In this document: positions 22,501 through 36,079 of the stretch, piece after piece
Numbering within the stretch: position 1 is the stretch's first letter
Layout: each line of letters opens with the position of its first letter
DNA from: Leptogorgia sarmentosa
Taxonomy: Eukaryota
DNA: 64,000 nucleotides
NCBI GenBank assembly: GCA_964658305.1
Contig: OZ210885.1
Coordinates: 16,988,001 to 17,052,000 of the forward strand
Reading direction: 5' to 3'
The notes under the pieces: generated by a model
Told to the model about the DNA's origin: nothing
Database searches by the model: none
What the model saw: the letters and a program-made list of their open reading frames with translations, nothing else
Program-made: the position numbers and the translations under genes

Positions 22501-24549
22501 TAGACTTGCTTCATTTTATTGTATGTGCGTTTGTAAATAGGTTTGCTTTCAATTTCAACTTCAGGGTTTTGTTATTGTTACACGTTTAAAAAGTGTAACT
22601 TCCATCAACAAATGTCTACCACCATACCAGTAGGAAAATACCGGTTCTCGTCTGATCACCGAAGTTAAGCCTAGGTGGGCAAAGTTAGTACTTGGATGGG
22701 TGACCACCTGGGAATATTTTGTGTTGTAGACTTGCTTCATTTTATTGTATGTGTGTTTGTAAATAGGTTTGCTTTCAATTTCAACTTGAGGGTTTTCTTA
22801 TTGTTACATGTTTAAAAAGTGTAACTTCCATCAACAAATGTCTACGACCATACCAGAAGGAAAATACCGGTTCTCGTCTGATCACCGAAGTTAAGCCTAG
22901 GTGGGCAAGTTAGTACTTGGATGGGTGACCACCTGGGAATACTTTGTTTTGTAGACTTGCTTCATTTTATTGTATGTGTGTTTGTAAATAGGTTTGCTTT
23001 CAATTTCAACTTTAGGGTTTTGTTATTGTTACACGTTTAAAAAGTGTAACTTCCATCAACAAATGTCTACGCCCATACCAGTAGGAAAATACCGGTTCTC
23101 GTCTGATCACCGAAGTTAACCCTAGGTGGGAAAAGTTAGTAGTTGTATGGGTGACCACCTGGGAATACTTTGTGTTGTCGACTTGCTTCATTTTATTGTA
23201 TGTGTGTTTGTAAATAGGTTTGCTTTCAATTTCAACTTCAGGGTTTTGTTATTGTTACACGTTTAAAAAGTGTTACTTCCATCAACAAATGTCTACGACC
23301 ATACCAGTAGGAAAATACCGGTTCTCGTCTGATCACCGAAGTTAACCCTAGGTGGGAAAAGTTAGTAGTTGTATGGGTGACCACCTGGGAATACTTTGTG
23401 TTGTCGACTTGCTTCATTTTATTGTATGTGTGTTTGTAAATAGGTTTGCTTTCAATTTCAACTTCAGGGTTTTGTTATTGTTACACGTTTAAAAAGTGTT
23501 ACTTCCATCAACAAATGTCTACGACCATACTAGTAGGAAAATACCGGTCCTCGTCTGATCACCGAAGTTAAGCCTAGGTGGGCAAGGTTAGTAGTTGGAT
23601 GGGTGACCACCTGGGAATATTTTGTGTTGTACACTTGCTTCATTTTATTGTATGTGTGTTTCTAAATAGGTTTGCTTTCAATTTCAACTTCAGGGTTTTC
23701 TTATTGTTACACGTTTAAAAAGTGTAACTTCCATCAACAAATGTCTACGACCATACCAGTAGCAAAATACCGGTTCTTGTCTGATCACCGAAGTTAACCC
23801 TAGGTGGGCAAAGTTAGTAGTTGGATGGGTGACCACCTGGGAATACTTCGTGTTGTAGACTTGCTTCATTTTATTGTATGTGTGTTTGTAAATAGGTTTG
23901 CTTGGAATTTCAACTTCAGGGTTTTGTTATTGTTACACGTTTAAAAAGTGTAACTTCCATCAACCGATGTCTACGACCATACCTGTAGGAAAATACCGGT
24001 TCTCCTCTGATCACCGAAGTTAAGCCTAGGTGGGAAAAGTTAGTAGTTGTATGGGTGACCACCTGGGAATACTTTGTGTTGTAGACTTGCTTCATTTTAT
24101 TGTATGTGTGTTTGTAAATAGGTTTGCTTTCAATTTCAACTTCAGGGTTTTGTTATTGTTACACGTTTAAAAAGTGTTACTTCCATCAACAAATGTCTAC
24201 GACCATACCAGTAGGAAAATACCGGTCCTCGTCTGATCACCGAAGTTAAGCCTAGGTGGGCAAGGTTAGTAGTTGGATGGGTGACCACCTGGGAATATTT
24301 TGTGTTGTACACTTGCTTCATTTTATTGTATGTGTGTTTCTAAATAGGTTTGCTTTCAATTTCAACTTCAGGGTTTTGTTATTGTTACACGTTTAAAAAG
24401 TGTTACTTCCATCGGCAAATGTCTACGACCATACCAGTAGGAAAATACCGGTTCTCGTCTGATCACCGAAGTTAAGCCTAGGTGGGCAAGTTAGTACTTG
24501 GATGGGTGACCACCTGGGAATACTTTGTGTTGTAGACTTGCTTCATTTT

Positions 24550-27500
24550 ATTGTATGTGTGTTTGTAGATAGGTTTGCTTTCAATTTCAACTTCAGGGAT
24601 TTGTTATTGTTACACGTTTAAAAAGTGTTACTTCCATGAACAAATGTCTACGACCATACCAGTAGGAAAATACCGGTTCTCGTCTGATCACCGAAGTTAA
24701 GCCTAGGTGGGGAAAGTTAGTACTTGGATGGGTGACCACCTGGGAATACTTTTTTTTGTAGACTTGCTTCATTTTATTGTATGTGTGTTTGCAAATAGGT
24801 TTGCTTTCAATGTAAACTTCAGGGATTTTGTTATTGCTACATCTGGAAATACTTTGTATTGTTGTTTTGCTAAATGTTATTTAATGCCTATTTGTAAATA
24901 TACTTCCTTTCAATTTCAACTTCGGGGTTTTGTTATTGTTACACGATTAAAAAGTGTAACTTCCATCAACAAATGTGTACGACCGTACGAGTAGGAAAAT
25001 ACCGGTTCTCGTCTGATCACCGAAGTTAAGCCTAGGTGGGCACAGTTAGTAGTTGGATGGGTGACCACCTGGGAATACTTTGTGTTGTAGACTTGCTTCA
25101 TTTTATTGTATGTGTGTTTGTAAATAGGTTTGCTTTCAATTTCAACTTCAGGGATTTGTTATTGTTACACGTTTTAAAAGTGTAACTTCCATCAGCAAAT
25201 GTCTACGACCATACCAGTAGGAAAATACCGGTTCTCGTCTGATCACCGAAGTTAAGCCTAGGTGGGCAAAGTTAGTACTTGGATGGGTGACCACCTGGGA
25301 ATACTTTGTGTTGTAGACTTGCTTCATTTTATTGTATGTGTGTTTGTAAATAGGTTTGCTTTCAATTTCATCTTCAGGGTTTTGTTATTGTTACACGTTT
25401 AAAAAGTGTTACTTCCATCAACAAATGTCTACGACCATACCAGTAGGAAAATACCGGTTCTCGTCTGATCACCGAAGTTAAGCCTAGGTGGGGAAAGTTA
25501 GTACTTGGATGGGTGACCACCTGGGAATACTTTTTTTTGTAGACTTGCTTCATTTTATTGTATGTGTGTTTGCAAATAGGTTTGCTTTCAATGTAAACTT
25601 CAGGGATTTTGTTATTGCTACATCTGGAAATACTTTGTATTGTTGTTTTGCTAAATGTTATTTAATGCCTATTTGTAAATATACTTCCTTTCAATTTCAA
25701 CTTCGGGGTTTTGTTATTGTTACACGATTAAAAAGTGTAACTTCCATCAACAAATGTGTACGACCGTACGAGTAGGAAAATACCGGTTCTCGTCTGATCA
25801 CCGAAGTTAAGCCTAGGTGGGCACAGTTAGTAGTTGGATGGGTGACCACCTGGGAATACTTTGTGTTGTAGACTTGCTTCATTTTATTGTATGTGTGTTT
25901 GTAAATAGGTTTGCTTTCAATTTCAACTTCAGGGATTTGTTATTGTTACACGTTTTAAAAGTGTAACTTCCATCAGCAAATGTCTACGACCATACCAGTA
26001 GGAAAATACCGGTTCTCGTCTGTTCACCGAAGTTAAGCCTAGGTGGGCAAAGTTAGTACTTGGATGGGTGACCACCTGGGAATACTTTGTGTTGTAGACT
26101 TGCTTCATTTTATTGTATGTGTGTTTGTAAATAGGTTTGCTTTCAATTTCATCTTCAGGGTTTTGTTATTGTTACACGTTTAAAAAGTGTTACTTCCATC
26201 AACAAATGTCTACGACCATACCAGTAGGAAAATACCGGTTCTCGTCTGATCACCGAAGTTAAGCCTAGGTGGGCAAAGTTAGTACTTGGATGGGTGACTA
26301 CCTGGGAATACTTTGTGTTGTAGACTTGCTTCATTTTATTGTATGTGTGTTTGTAAATATAATTCCTTTCAATTTCAACTTCAGGGTTTTGTTATTGTTA
26401 CACGTTTAAAAAGTGTAACTTCCATCAACAATTGTCTACGACCATACCAGTAGGAAAATACCGGTTCTCGTCTGATCACAGAAGTTAAGCCTAGGTGGGC
26501 AAAGTTAGTACTTGGATGGGTGACTACCTGGGAATACTTTGTGTTGTAGACTTGCTTCATTTTATTGTAGGTGTGTTTGTAAGTAGGTTTGCTTTCAATT
26601 TCAACTTCAGGGTTTTGTTATTGTTACACGTTTAAAAAGTGTAACTTCCATCAACAAATGTCTACAACCATACCAGTAGCAAAATACCGGTTCTCGTCTG
26701 ATCACCGAAGTGAAGCCTAGATGGGCAAAGTTAGTACTTGGATGGGTGACCACCTGGGAATACTTTGTGTTGTAGACTTGCTTCATTTTATTGTATGTGT
26801 GTTTGTAAATAGGTTTGCTTTCAATTTCAACTTCAGGGTTTTGTTATTGTTACACGTTTAAAAAGTGTTACTTCCATCAAGAAATATCTATGACCATACC
26901 AGTAGGAAAATACCGGTTCTCGTCTGATCACCGAAGTTAAGCCTAGGTGGGCAAGGTTAGTAGTTGGATGGGTGACCACCTGGGAATATTTTGTGTTGTA
27001 CACTTGCTTCATTTTATTGTATGTGTGTTTCTAAATAGGTTTGCTTTCAATTTCAACTTCAGGGTTTTCTTATTGTTACACGTTTAAAAAGTGTAACTTC
27101 CATCAACAAATGTCTACGACCATACCAGTAGCAAAATACCGGTTCTCGTCTGATCACCGAAGTTAACCCTAGGTGGGCAAAGTTAGTAGTTGGATGGGTG
27201 ACCACCTGGGAATACTTTGTGTTGTAGACTTGCTTCATTTTATTGTATGTGTGTTTGTAAATAGGTTTGCTTGGAATTTCAACTTCAGGGTTTTGTTATT
27301 GTTACACGTTTAAAAAGTGTAACTTCCATCAACAGATGTCTACGACCATACCTGTAGGAAAATACCGGTTCTCCTCTGATCACCGAAGTTAAGCCTAGGT
27401 GGGAAAAGTTAGTAGTTGTATGGGTGACCACCTGGGAGTACTTTGTGTTGTAGACTTGCTTCATTTTATTGTATGTGTGTTTGTAAATAGGTTTGCTTTC

Positions 27501-30500
27501 AATTTCAACTTCAGGGTTTTGTTATTGTTACACGTTTAAAAAGTGTAACTTCCATCAACAAATGTCTACCACCATACCAGTAGGAAAATACCGGTTCTCG
27601 TCTGATCACCGAAGTTAAGCCTAGGTGGGCAAAGTTAGTACTTGGATGGGTGACCACCTGGGAATATTTTGTGTTGTAGACTTGCTTCATTTTATTGTAT
27701 GTGTGTTTGTAAATAGGTTTGCTTTCAATTTCAACTTGAGGGTTTTCTTATTGTTACATGTTCAAAAAGTGTAACTTCCATCAACAAATGTCTACGACCA
27801 TACCAGCAGGAAAATACCGGTTCTCGTCTGATCACCGAAGTTAAGCCTAGGTGGGCAAGTTAGTACTTGGATGGGTGACCACCTGGGAATACTTTGTTTT
27901 GTAGACTTGCTTCATTTTATTGTATGTGTGTTTGTAAATAGGTTTGCTTTCAATTTCAACTTTAGGGTTTTGTTATTGTTACACGTTTAAAAAGTGTAAC
28001 TTCCATCAACAAATGTCTACGACCATACCAGTAGGAAAATACCGGTTCTCGTCTGATCACCGAAGTTAACCCTAGGTGGGCAAAGTTAGTAGTTGGATGG
28101 GTGACCACCTGGGAATACTTTGTGTTGTAGACTTGCTTCATTTTATTGTATGTGTGTTTGTAAATAGGTTTGCTTGGAATTTCAACTTCAGGGTTTTGTT
28201 ATTGTTACACGTTTAAAAAGTGTAACTTCCATCAACAGATGTCTACGACCATACCTGTAGGAAAATACCGGTTCTCCTCTGATCACCGAAGTTAAGCCTT
28301 GGTGGGAAAAGTTAGTAGTTGTATGGGTGACCACCTGGGAATACTTTGTGTTGTCGACTTGCTTCATTTTATTGTATGTGTGTTTGTAAATAGGTTTGCT
28401 TTCAATTTCAACTTCAGGGTTTTGTTATTGTTACACGTTTAAAAAGTGTTACTTCCATCAACAAATGTCTACGACCATACTAGTAGGAAAATACCAGTCC
28501 TCGTCTGATCACCGAAGTTAAGCCTAGGTGGGCAAGGTTAGTAGTTGGATGGGTGACCACCTGGGAATATTTTGTGTTGTACACTTGCTTCATTTTATTG
28601 TATGTGTGTTTCTAAATAGGTTTGCTTTCAATTTCAACTTCAGGGTTTTGTTATTGTTACACGTTTAAAAAGTGTTACTTCCATCAACAAATGTCTATGA
28701 CCATACCTGTAGGAAAATACCGGTTCTCGTCTGATCACCGAAGTTAAGCCTAGGTGGGAAAAGTTAGTAGTTGTATGGATGACCACCTGGGAATACTTTG
28801 TGTTGTAGACTTGCTTCATTTTATTGTATGTGTGTTTGTAGATAGGTTTGCTTTCAATTTCAACTTCAGGGATTTGTTATTGTTACACGTTTAAAAAGTG
28901 TTACTTCCATGAACAAATGTCTACGACCATACCAGTAGGAAAATACCGGTTCTCGTCTGATCACCGAAGTTAAGCCTAGGTGGGGAAAGTTAGTACTTGG
29001 ATGGGTGACCACCTGGGAATACTTTTTTTTGTAGACTTGCTTCATTTTATTGTATGTGTGTTTGCAAATAGGTTTGCTTTCAATGTAAACTTCAGGGATT
29101 TTGTTATTGCTACATCTGGAAATACTTTGTATTGTTGTTTTGCTAAATGTTATTTAATGCCTATTTGTAAATATACTTCCTTTCAATTTCAACTTCGGGG
29201 TTTTGTTATTGTTACACGATTAAAAAGTGTAACTTCCATCAACAAATGTGTACGACCGTACGAGTAGGAAAATACCGGTTCTCGTCTGATCACCGAAGTT
29301 AAGCCTAGGTGGGCACAGTTAGTAGTTGGATGGGTGACCACCTGGGAATACTTTGTGTTGTAGACTTGCTTCATTTTATTGTATGTGTGTTTGTAAATAG
29401 GTTTGCTTTCAATTTCAACTTCAGGGATTTGTTATTGTTACACGTTTTAAAAGTGTAACTTCCATCAGCAAATGTCTACGACCATACCAGTAGGAAAATA
29501 CCGGTTCTCGTCTGATCACCGAAGTTAAGCCTAGGTGGGCAAAGTTAGTACTTGGATGGGTGACCACCTGGGAATACTTTGTGTTGTAGACTTGCTTCAT
29601 TTTATTGTATGTGTGTTTGTAAATAGGTTTGCTTTCAATTTCATCTTCAGGGTTTTGTTATTGTTACACGTTTAAAAAGTGTTACTTCCATCAACAAATG
29701 TCTACGACCATACCAGTAGGAAAATACCGGTTCTCGTCTGATCACCGAAGTTAAGCCTAGGTGGGGAAAGTTAGTACTTGGATGGGTGACCACCTGGGAA
29801 TACTTTTTTTTGTAGACTTGCTTCATTTTATTGTATGTGTGTTTGCAAATAGGTTTGCTTTCAATGTAAACTTCAGGGATTTTGTTATTGCTACATCTGG
29901 AAATACTTTGTATTGTTGTTTTGCTAAATGTTATTTAATGCCTATTTGTAAATATACTTCCTTTCAATTTCAACTTCGGGGTTTTGTTATTGTTACACGA
30001 TTAAAAAGTGTAACTTCCATCAACAAATGTGTACGACCGTACGAGTAGGAAAATACCGGTTCTCGTCTGATCACCGAAGTTAAGCCTAGGTGGGCACAGT
30101 TAGTAGTTGGATGGGTGACCACCTGGGAATACTTTGTGTTGTAGACTTGCTTCATTTTATTGTATGTGTGTTTGTAAATAGGTTTGCTTTCAATTTCAAC
30201 TTCAGGGATTTGTTATTGTTACACGTTTTAAAAGTGTAACTTCCATCAGCAAATGTCTACGACCATACCAGTAGGAAAATACCGGTTCTCGTCTGTTCAC
30301 CGAAGTTAAGCCTAGGTGGGCAAAGTTAGTACTTGGATGGGTGACCACCTGGGAATACTTTGTGTTGTAGACTTGCTTCATTTTATTGTATGTGTGTTTG
30401 TAAATAGGTTTGCTTTCAATTTCATCTTCAGGGTTTTGTTATTGTTACACGTTTAAAAAGTGTTACTTCCATCAACAAATGTCTACGACCATACCAGTAG

Positions 30501-33090
30501 GAAAATACCGGTTCTCGTCTGATCACCGAAGTTAAGCCTAGGTGGGCAAAGTTAGTACTTGGATGGGTGACTACCTGGGAATACTTTGTGTTGTAGACTT
30601 GCTTCATTTTATTGTATGTGTGTTTGTAAATATAATTCCTTTCAATTTCAACTTCAGGGTTTTGTTATTGTTACACGTTTAAAAAGTGTAACTTCCATCA
30701 ACAATTGTCTACGACCATACCAGTAGGAAAATACCGGTTCTCGTCTGATCACAGAAGTTAAGCCTAGGTGGGCAAAGTTAGTACTTGGATGGGTGACTAC
30801 CTGGGAATACTTTGTGTTGTAGACTTGCTTCATTTTATTGTAGGTGTGTTTGTAAGTAGGTTTGCTTTCAATTTCAACTTCAGGGTTTTGTTATTGTTAC
30901 ACGTTTAAAAAGTGTAACTTCCATCAACAAATGTCTACAACCATACCAGTAGCAAAATACCGGTTCTCGTCTGATCACCGAAGTGAAGCCTAGATGGGCA
31001 AAGTTAGTACTTGGATGGGTGACCACCTGGGAATACTTTGTGTTGTAGACTTGCTTCATTTTATTGTATGTGTGTTTGTAAATAGGTTTGCTTTCAATTT
31101 CAACTTCAGGGTTTTGTTATTGTTACACGTTTAAAAAGTGTTACTTCCATCAAGAAATATCTATGACCATACCAGTAGGAAAATACCGGTTCTCGTCTGA
31201 TCACCGAAGTTAAGCCTAGGTGGGCAAGGTTAGTAGTTGGATGGGTGACCACCTGGGAATATTTTGTGTTGTACACTTGCTTCATTTTATTGTATGTGTG
31301 TTTCTAAATAGGTTTGCTTTCAATTTCAACTTCAGGGTTTTCTTATTGTTACACGTTTAAAAAGTGTAACTTCCATCAACAAATGTCTACGACCATACCA
31401 GTAGCAAAATACCGGTTCTCGTCTGATCACCGAAGTTAACCCTAGGTGGGCAAAGTTAGTAGTTGGATGGGTGACCACCTGGGAATACTTTGTGTTGTAG
31501 ACTTGCTTCATTTTATTGTATGTGTGTTTGTAAATAGGTTTGCTTGGAATTTCAACTTCAGGGTTTTGTTATTGTTACACGTTTAAAAAGTGTAACTTCC
31601 ATCAACAGATGTCTACGACCATACCTGTAGGAAAATACCGGTTCTCCTCTGATCACCGAAGTTAAGCCTAGGTGGGAAAAGTTAGTAGTTGTATGGGTGA
31701 CCACCTGGGAGTACTTTGTGTTGTAGACTTGCTTCATTTTATTGTATGTGTGTTTGTAAATAGGTTTGCTTTCAATTTCAACTTCAGGGTTTTGTTATTG
31801 TTACACGTTTAAAAAGTGTAACTTCCATCAACAAATGTCTACCACCGTACTAGTAGGAAAATACCGGTTCTCGTCTGATCACCGAAGTTAAGCCTAGGTG
31901 GGCAAAGTTAGTACTTGGATGGGTGACCACCTGGGAATATTTTGTGTTGTAGACTTGCTTCATTTTATTGTATGTGTGTTTGTAAATAGGTTTGCTTTCA
32001 ATTTCAACTTGAGGGTTTTCTTATTGTTACATGTTCAAAAAGTGTAACTTCCATCAACAAATGTCTACGACCATACCAGCAGGAAAATACCGGTTCTCGT
32101 CTGATCACCGAAGTTAAGCCTAGGTGGGCAAGTTAGTACTTGGATGGGTGACCACCTGGGAATACTTTGTTTTGTAGACTTGCTTCATTTTATTGTATGT
32201 GTGTTTGTAAATAGGTTTGCTTTCAATTTCAACTTTAGGGTTTTGTTATTGTTACACGTTTAAAAAGTGTAACTTCCATCAACAAATGTCTACGACCATA
32301 CCAGTAGGAAAATACCGGTTCTCGTCTGATCACCGAAGTTAACCCTAGGTGGGCAAAGTTAGTAGTTGGATGGGTGACCACCTGGGAATACTTTGTGTTG
32401 TAGACTTGCTTCATTTTATTGTATGTGTGTTTGTAAATAGGTTTGCTTGGAATTTCAACTTCAGGGTTTTGTTATTGTTACACGTTTAAAAAGTGTAACT
32501 TCCATCAACAGATGTCTACGACCATACCTGTAGGAAAATACCGGTTCTCCTCTGATCACCGAAGTTAAGCCTTGGTGGGAAAAGTTAGTAGTTGTATGGG
32601 TGACCACCTGGGAATACTTTGTGTTGTCGACTTGCTTCATTTTATTGTATGTGTGTTTGTAAATAGGTTTGCTTTCAATTTCAACTTCAGGGTTTTGTTA
32701 TTGTTACACGTTTAAAAAGTGTTACTTCCATCAACAAATGTCTACGACCATACTAGTAGGAAAATACCAGTCCTCGTCTGATCACCGAAGTTAAGCCTAG
32801 GTGGGCAAGGTTAGTAGTTGGATGGGTGACCACCTGGGAATATTTTGTGTTGTACACTTGCTTCATTTTATTGTATGTGTGTTTCTAAATAGGTTTGCTT
32901 TCAATTTCAACTTCAGGGTTTTGTTATTGTTACACGTTTAAAAAGTGTTACTTCCATCAACAAATGTCTATGACCATACCTGTAGGAAAATACCGGTTCT
33001 CGTCTGATCACCGAAGTTAAGCCTAGGTGGGAAAAGTTAGTAGTTGTATGGATGACCACCTGGGAATACTTTGTGTTGTAGACTTGCTTC
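24550..33090 (+). repeat. Tandem duplication of a 4273-bp (18-unit) higher-order block
   Basis: Private variants recur at a 4273 offset: GTAGATAGG 24568/28841, TGTTCACC 26023/30296, ORFs 24707/28980. Boundaries are approximate. Confidence 0.9.
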
Positions 33091-36079
33091 ATTTTATTGT
33101 ATGTGTGTTTGTAAATAGGTTTGCTTTCAATTTCAACTTCAGGGTTTTGTTATTGTTACACGTTTAAAAAGTGTTACTTCCATCAACAAATGTCTACGAC
33201 CATACCTGTAGGAAAATACCGGTTCTCGTCTGATCACCGAAGTGAAGCCTAGATGGGCAAAGTTAGTAGTTGTATGGGTGACCACCTGGGAAAACTTTGT
33301 GTTGTAGACTTGCTTCATTTTATTGTATGTGTGTTTGTAAATAGGTTTGCTTTCAATTTCAACTTCAGGGTTTTGTTATTGTTACACGTTTAAAAAGTGT
33401 TACTTCCATCAACAAATGTCTACGACCATACCAGTAGGAAAATACCGGTTCTCGTCTGATCACCGAAATTAAGCCTAGGTGGGCAAGGTTAGTAGTTGGA
33501 TGGGTGACCCCCTGGGAATATTTTGTGTTGTACACTTGCTTCATTTTATTGTATGTGTGTTTCTAAATAGGTTTGCTTTCAATTTCAACTTCAGGGTTTT
33601 GTTATTGTTACACGTTTAAAAAGTGTTACTTCCATCAACAAATGTCTACGACCATACAAGTAGGAAAATACCGGTTCTCGTCTGATCACCGAAGTAAAGA
33701 ATAGGTGGGCAATGTTAGTACTTGGATGGGTGACTACCTGGGAATACTTTGTGTTGTAGACTTGCTTCATTTTATTGTATGTGTGTTTGTAAATAGGTTT
33801 GCTTTCAATTTCAACTTCAGGGTTTTGTTATTGTTACACGTTTAAAAAGTGTAACTTCCATCAAAGAATGTCTACGACCATACCAGTAGGAAAATGCCGG
33901 GTCTCGTCTGATCACCGAAGTTTAGCCTAGGTGGGAAAAGTTAGTACTTGGATGGGTGACCACCTGGGAATACTTTGTGTTGTAGACTTGCTTCATTTTA
34001 TTGTATGTGTGTTTGTAAATAGGTTTGCTTTCAATTTCAACTTCAGGGTTTTGTTATTGTTACACGTTTAAAAAGTGTTACTTCCATCAACAAATGTCTA
34101 CGACCTTACCAGTAGGAAAATACCGGTTCTCGTCTGATCACCGAAGTTAAGCCTTGGTGGGCAAAGTTAGTACTTGGATGGGTGACCACCTGGGAATACT
34201 TTGTGTTGTAGACTTGCTTCATTTTATTGTATGTGTGTTTTTAAATATGTTTGCTTTCAATTTCAACTTCAGGGTTTTGTTATTGTTACATGTTTAAAAA
34301 GTGTAACTTCCATCAACAAATGTCTACGACCATACCAGCAGGAAAATACCGGTTCTCATCTGATCACCGAAGTTAGGCCTAGGTGGGCAAAGTTAGTACT
34401 TGGATGGGTGACCACCTGGGAATACTTTGTGTTGTAGACTTGCTTCATTTTATTGTATGTGTGTTTGTAAATAGGTTTGCTTTCAATGTAAACTTCAGGG
34501 ATTTTGTTTTTGCTACATCTGGAAATACTTTGTATTGTTGTTTTGCTAAATGTTATTTAATGCCTATTTGTAAATATAATTCCTTTCAATTTCAACTTCA
34601 GGGTTTTGTTATTGTTACACGTTTAAAAAGTGTTACTTCCATCAACAAATGTCTACGACCGTACGAGTAGGAAAATACCGGTTCTCGTCTGATCACCGAA
34701 GTTAAGCCTAGGTGGGCAAGGTTAGTAGTTGGATGGGTGACCACTTGGGAATACTTTGTGTTGTAGAGTTGCTTCATTTTATTGTATGTGTGTTTGTAAA
34801 TAGGTTTGCTTTCAATTTCAACTTCAGGGTTTTTTTATTGTTACACGTTTAAAAAGTGTAACTTCCATCAACAAATGTCTACGACCATACCAGTAGGAAA
34901 ATACCGGTTCTCGTCTGATCACCGAAGTTAAGCCTAGGTGGGCAAAGTTAGTACTTGGATGGGTGACCACCTGGGAATACTTTGTGTTGTAGACTTGCTT
35001 CATTTTATTGTATGTGTGTTTGTAAATAGGTTTGCTTTCAATTTCAACTTCAGGGTTTTGTTATTGTTACACGTTTTAAAAGTGTTACTTCCATCAACAA
35101 ATGTCTACGACCATACCAGTAGGAACATACCGGTTCTCGTTTGATCACCGAAGTTAAGCCTACGTGGGCAAAGTTAGTACTTGGATGGGTGACTACCTGG
35201 GAATACCTTGTGTTGTAGACTTGCTTCATTTTATTGTATGTGTGTTTGTAAATAGGTTTGCTTTCAATTGCAACATCAGGGTTTTGTTATTGTTACACGT
35301 TTAAAAAGTGTAACTTCCATCAACAAATGTCTACGACCATACCAGTAGGAAAATACCGGTTCTCGTCTGATCACCGAAGTTAAGCCTAGGTGGGCAAAGT
35401 TAGTACTTGGATGGGTGACCACCTGGGAATACTTTGTGTTGTAGACTTGCTTCATTTTATTGTATGTGTGTTTGTAAATAGGTTTGCTTTCAATTTCAAC
35501 TTCAGGGATTTGTTATTGTTACACGTTTAAAAAGTGTTACTTCCATGAACAAATGTCTACGACCATACCAGTAGGAAAATACCGGTTCTCGTCTGATCAC
35601 CGAAGTTAAGCCTAGGTGGGGAAAGTTAGTACTTGGATGGGTGACCACCTGGGAATACTTTTTTTTGTAGACTTGCTTCATTTTATTGTATGTGTGTTTG
35701 CAAATAGGTTTGCTTTCAATGTAAACTTCAGGGATTTTGTTATTGCTACATCTGGAAATACTTTGTATTGTTGTTTTGCTAAATGTTATTTAATGCCTAT
35801 TTGTAAATATACTTCCTTTCAATTTCAACTTCGGGGTTTTGTTATTGTTACACGATTAAAAAGTGTAACTTCCATCAACAAATGTGTACGACCGTACGAG
35901 TAGGAAAATACCGGTTCTCGTCTGATCACCGAAGTTAAGCCTAGGTGGGCACAGTTAGTAGTTGGATGGGTGACCACCTGGGAATACTTTGTGTTGTAGA
36001 CTTGCTTCATTTTATTGTATGTGTGTTTGTAAATAGGTTTGCTTTCAATTTCAACTTCAGGGTTTTGTTATTGTTACAC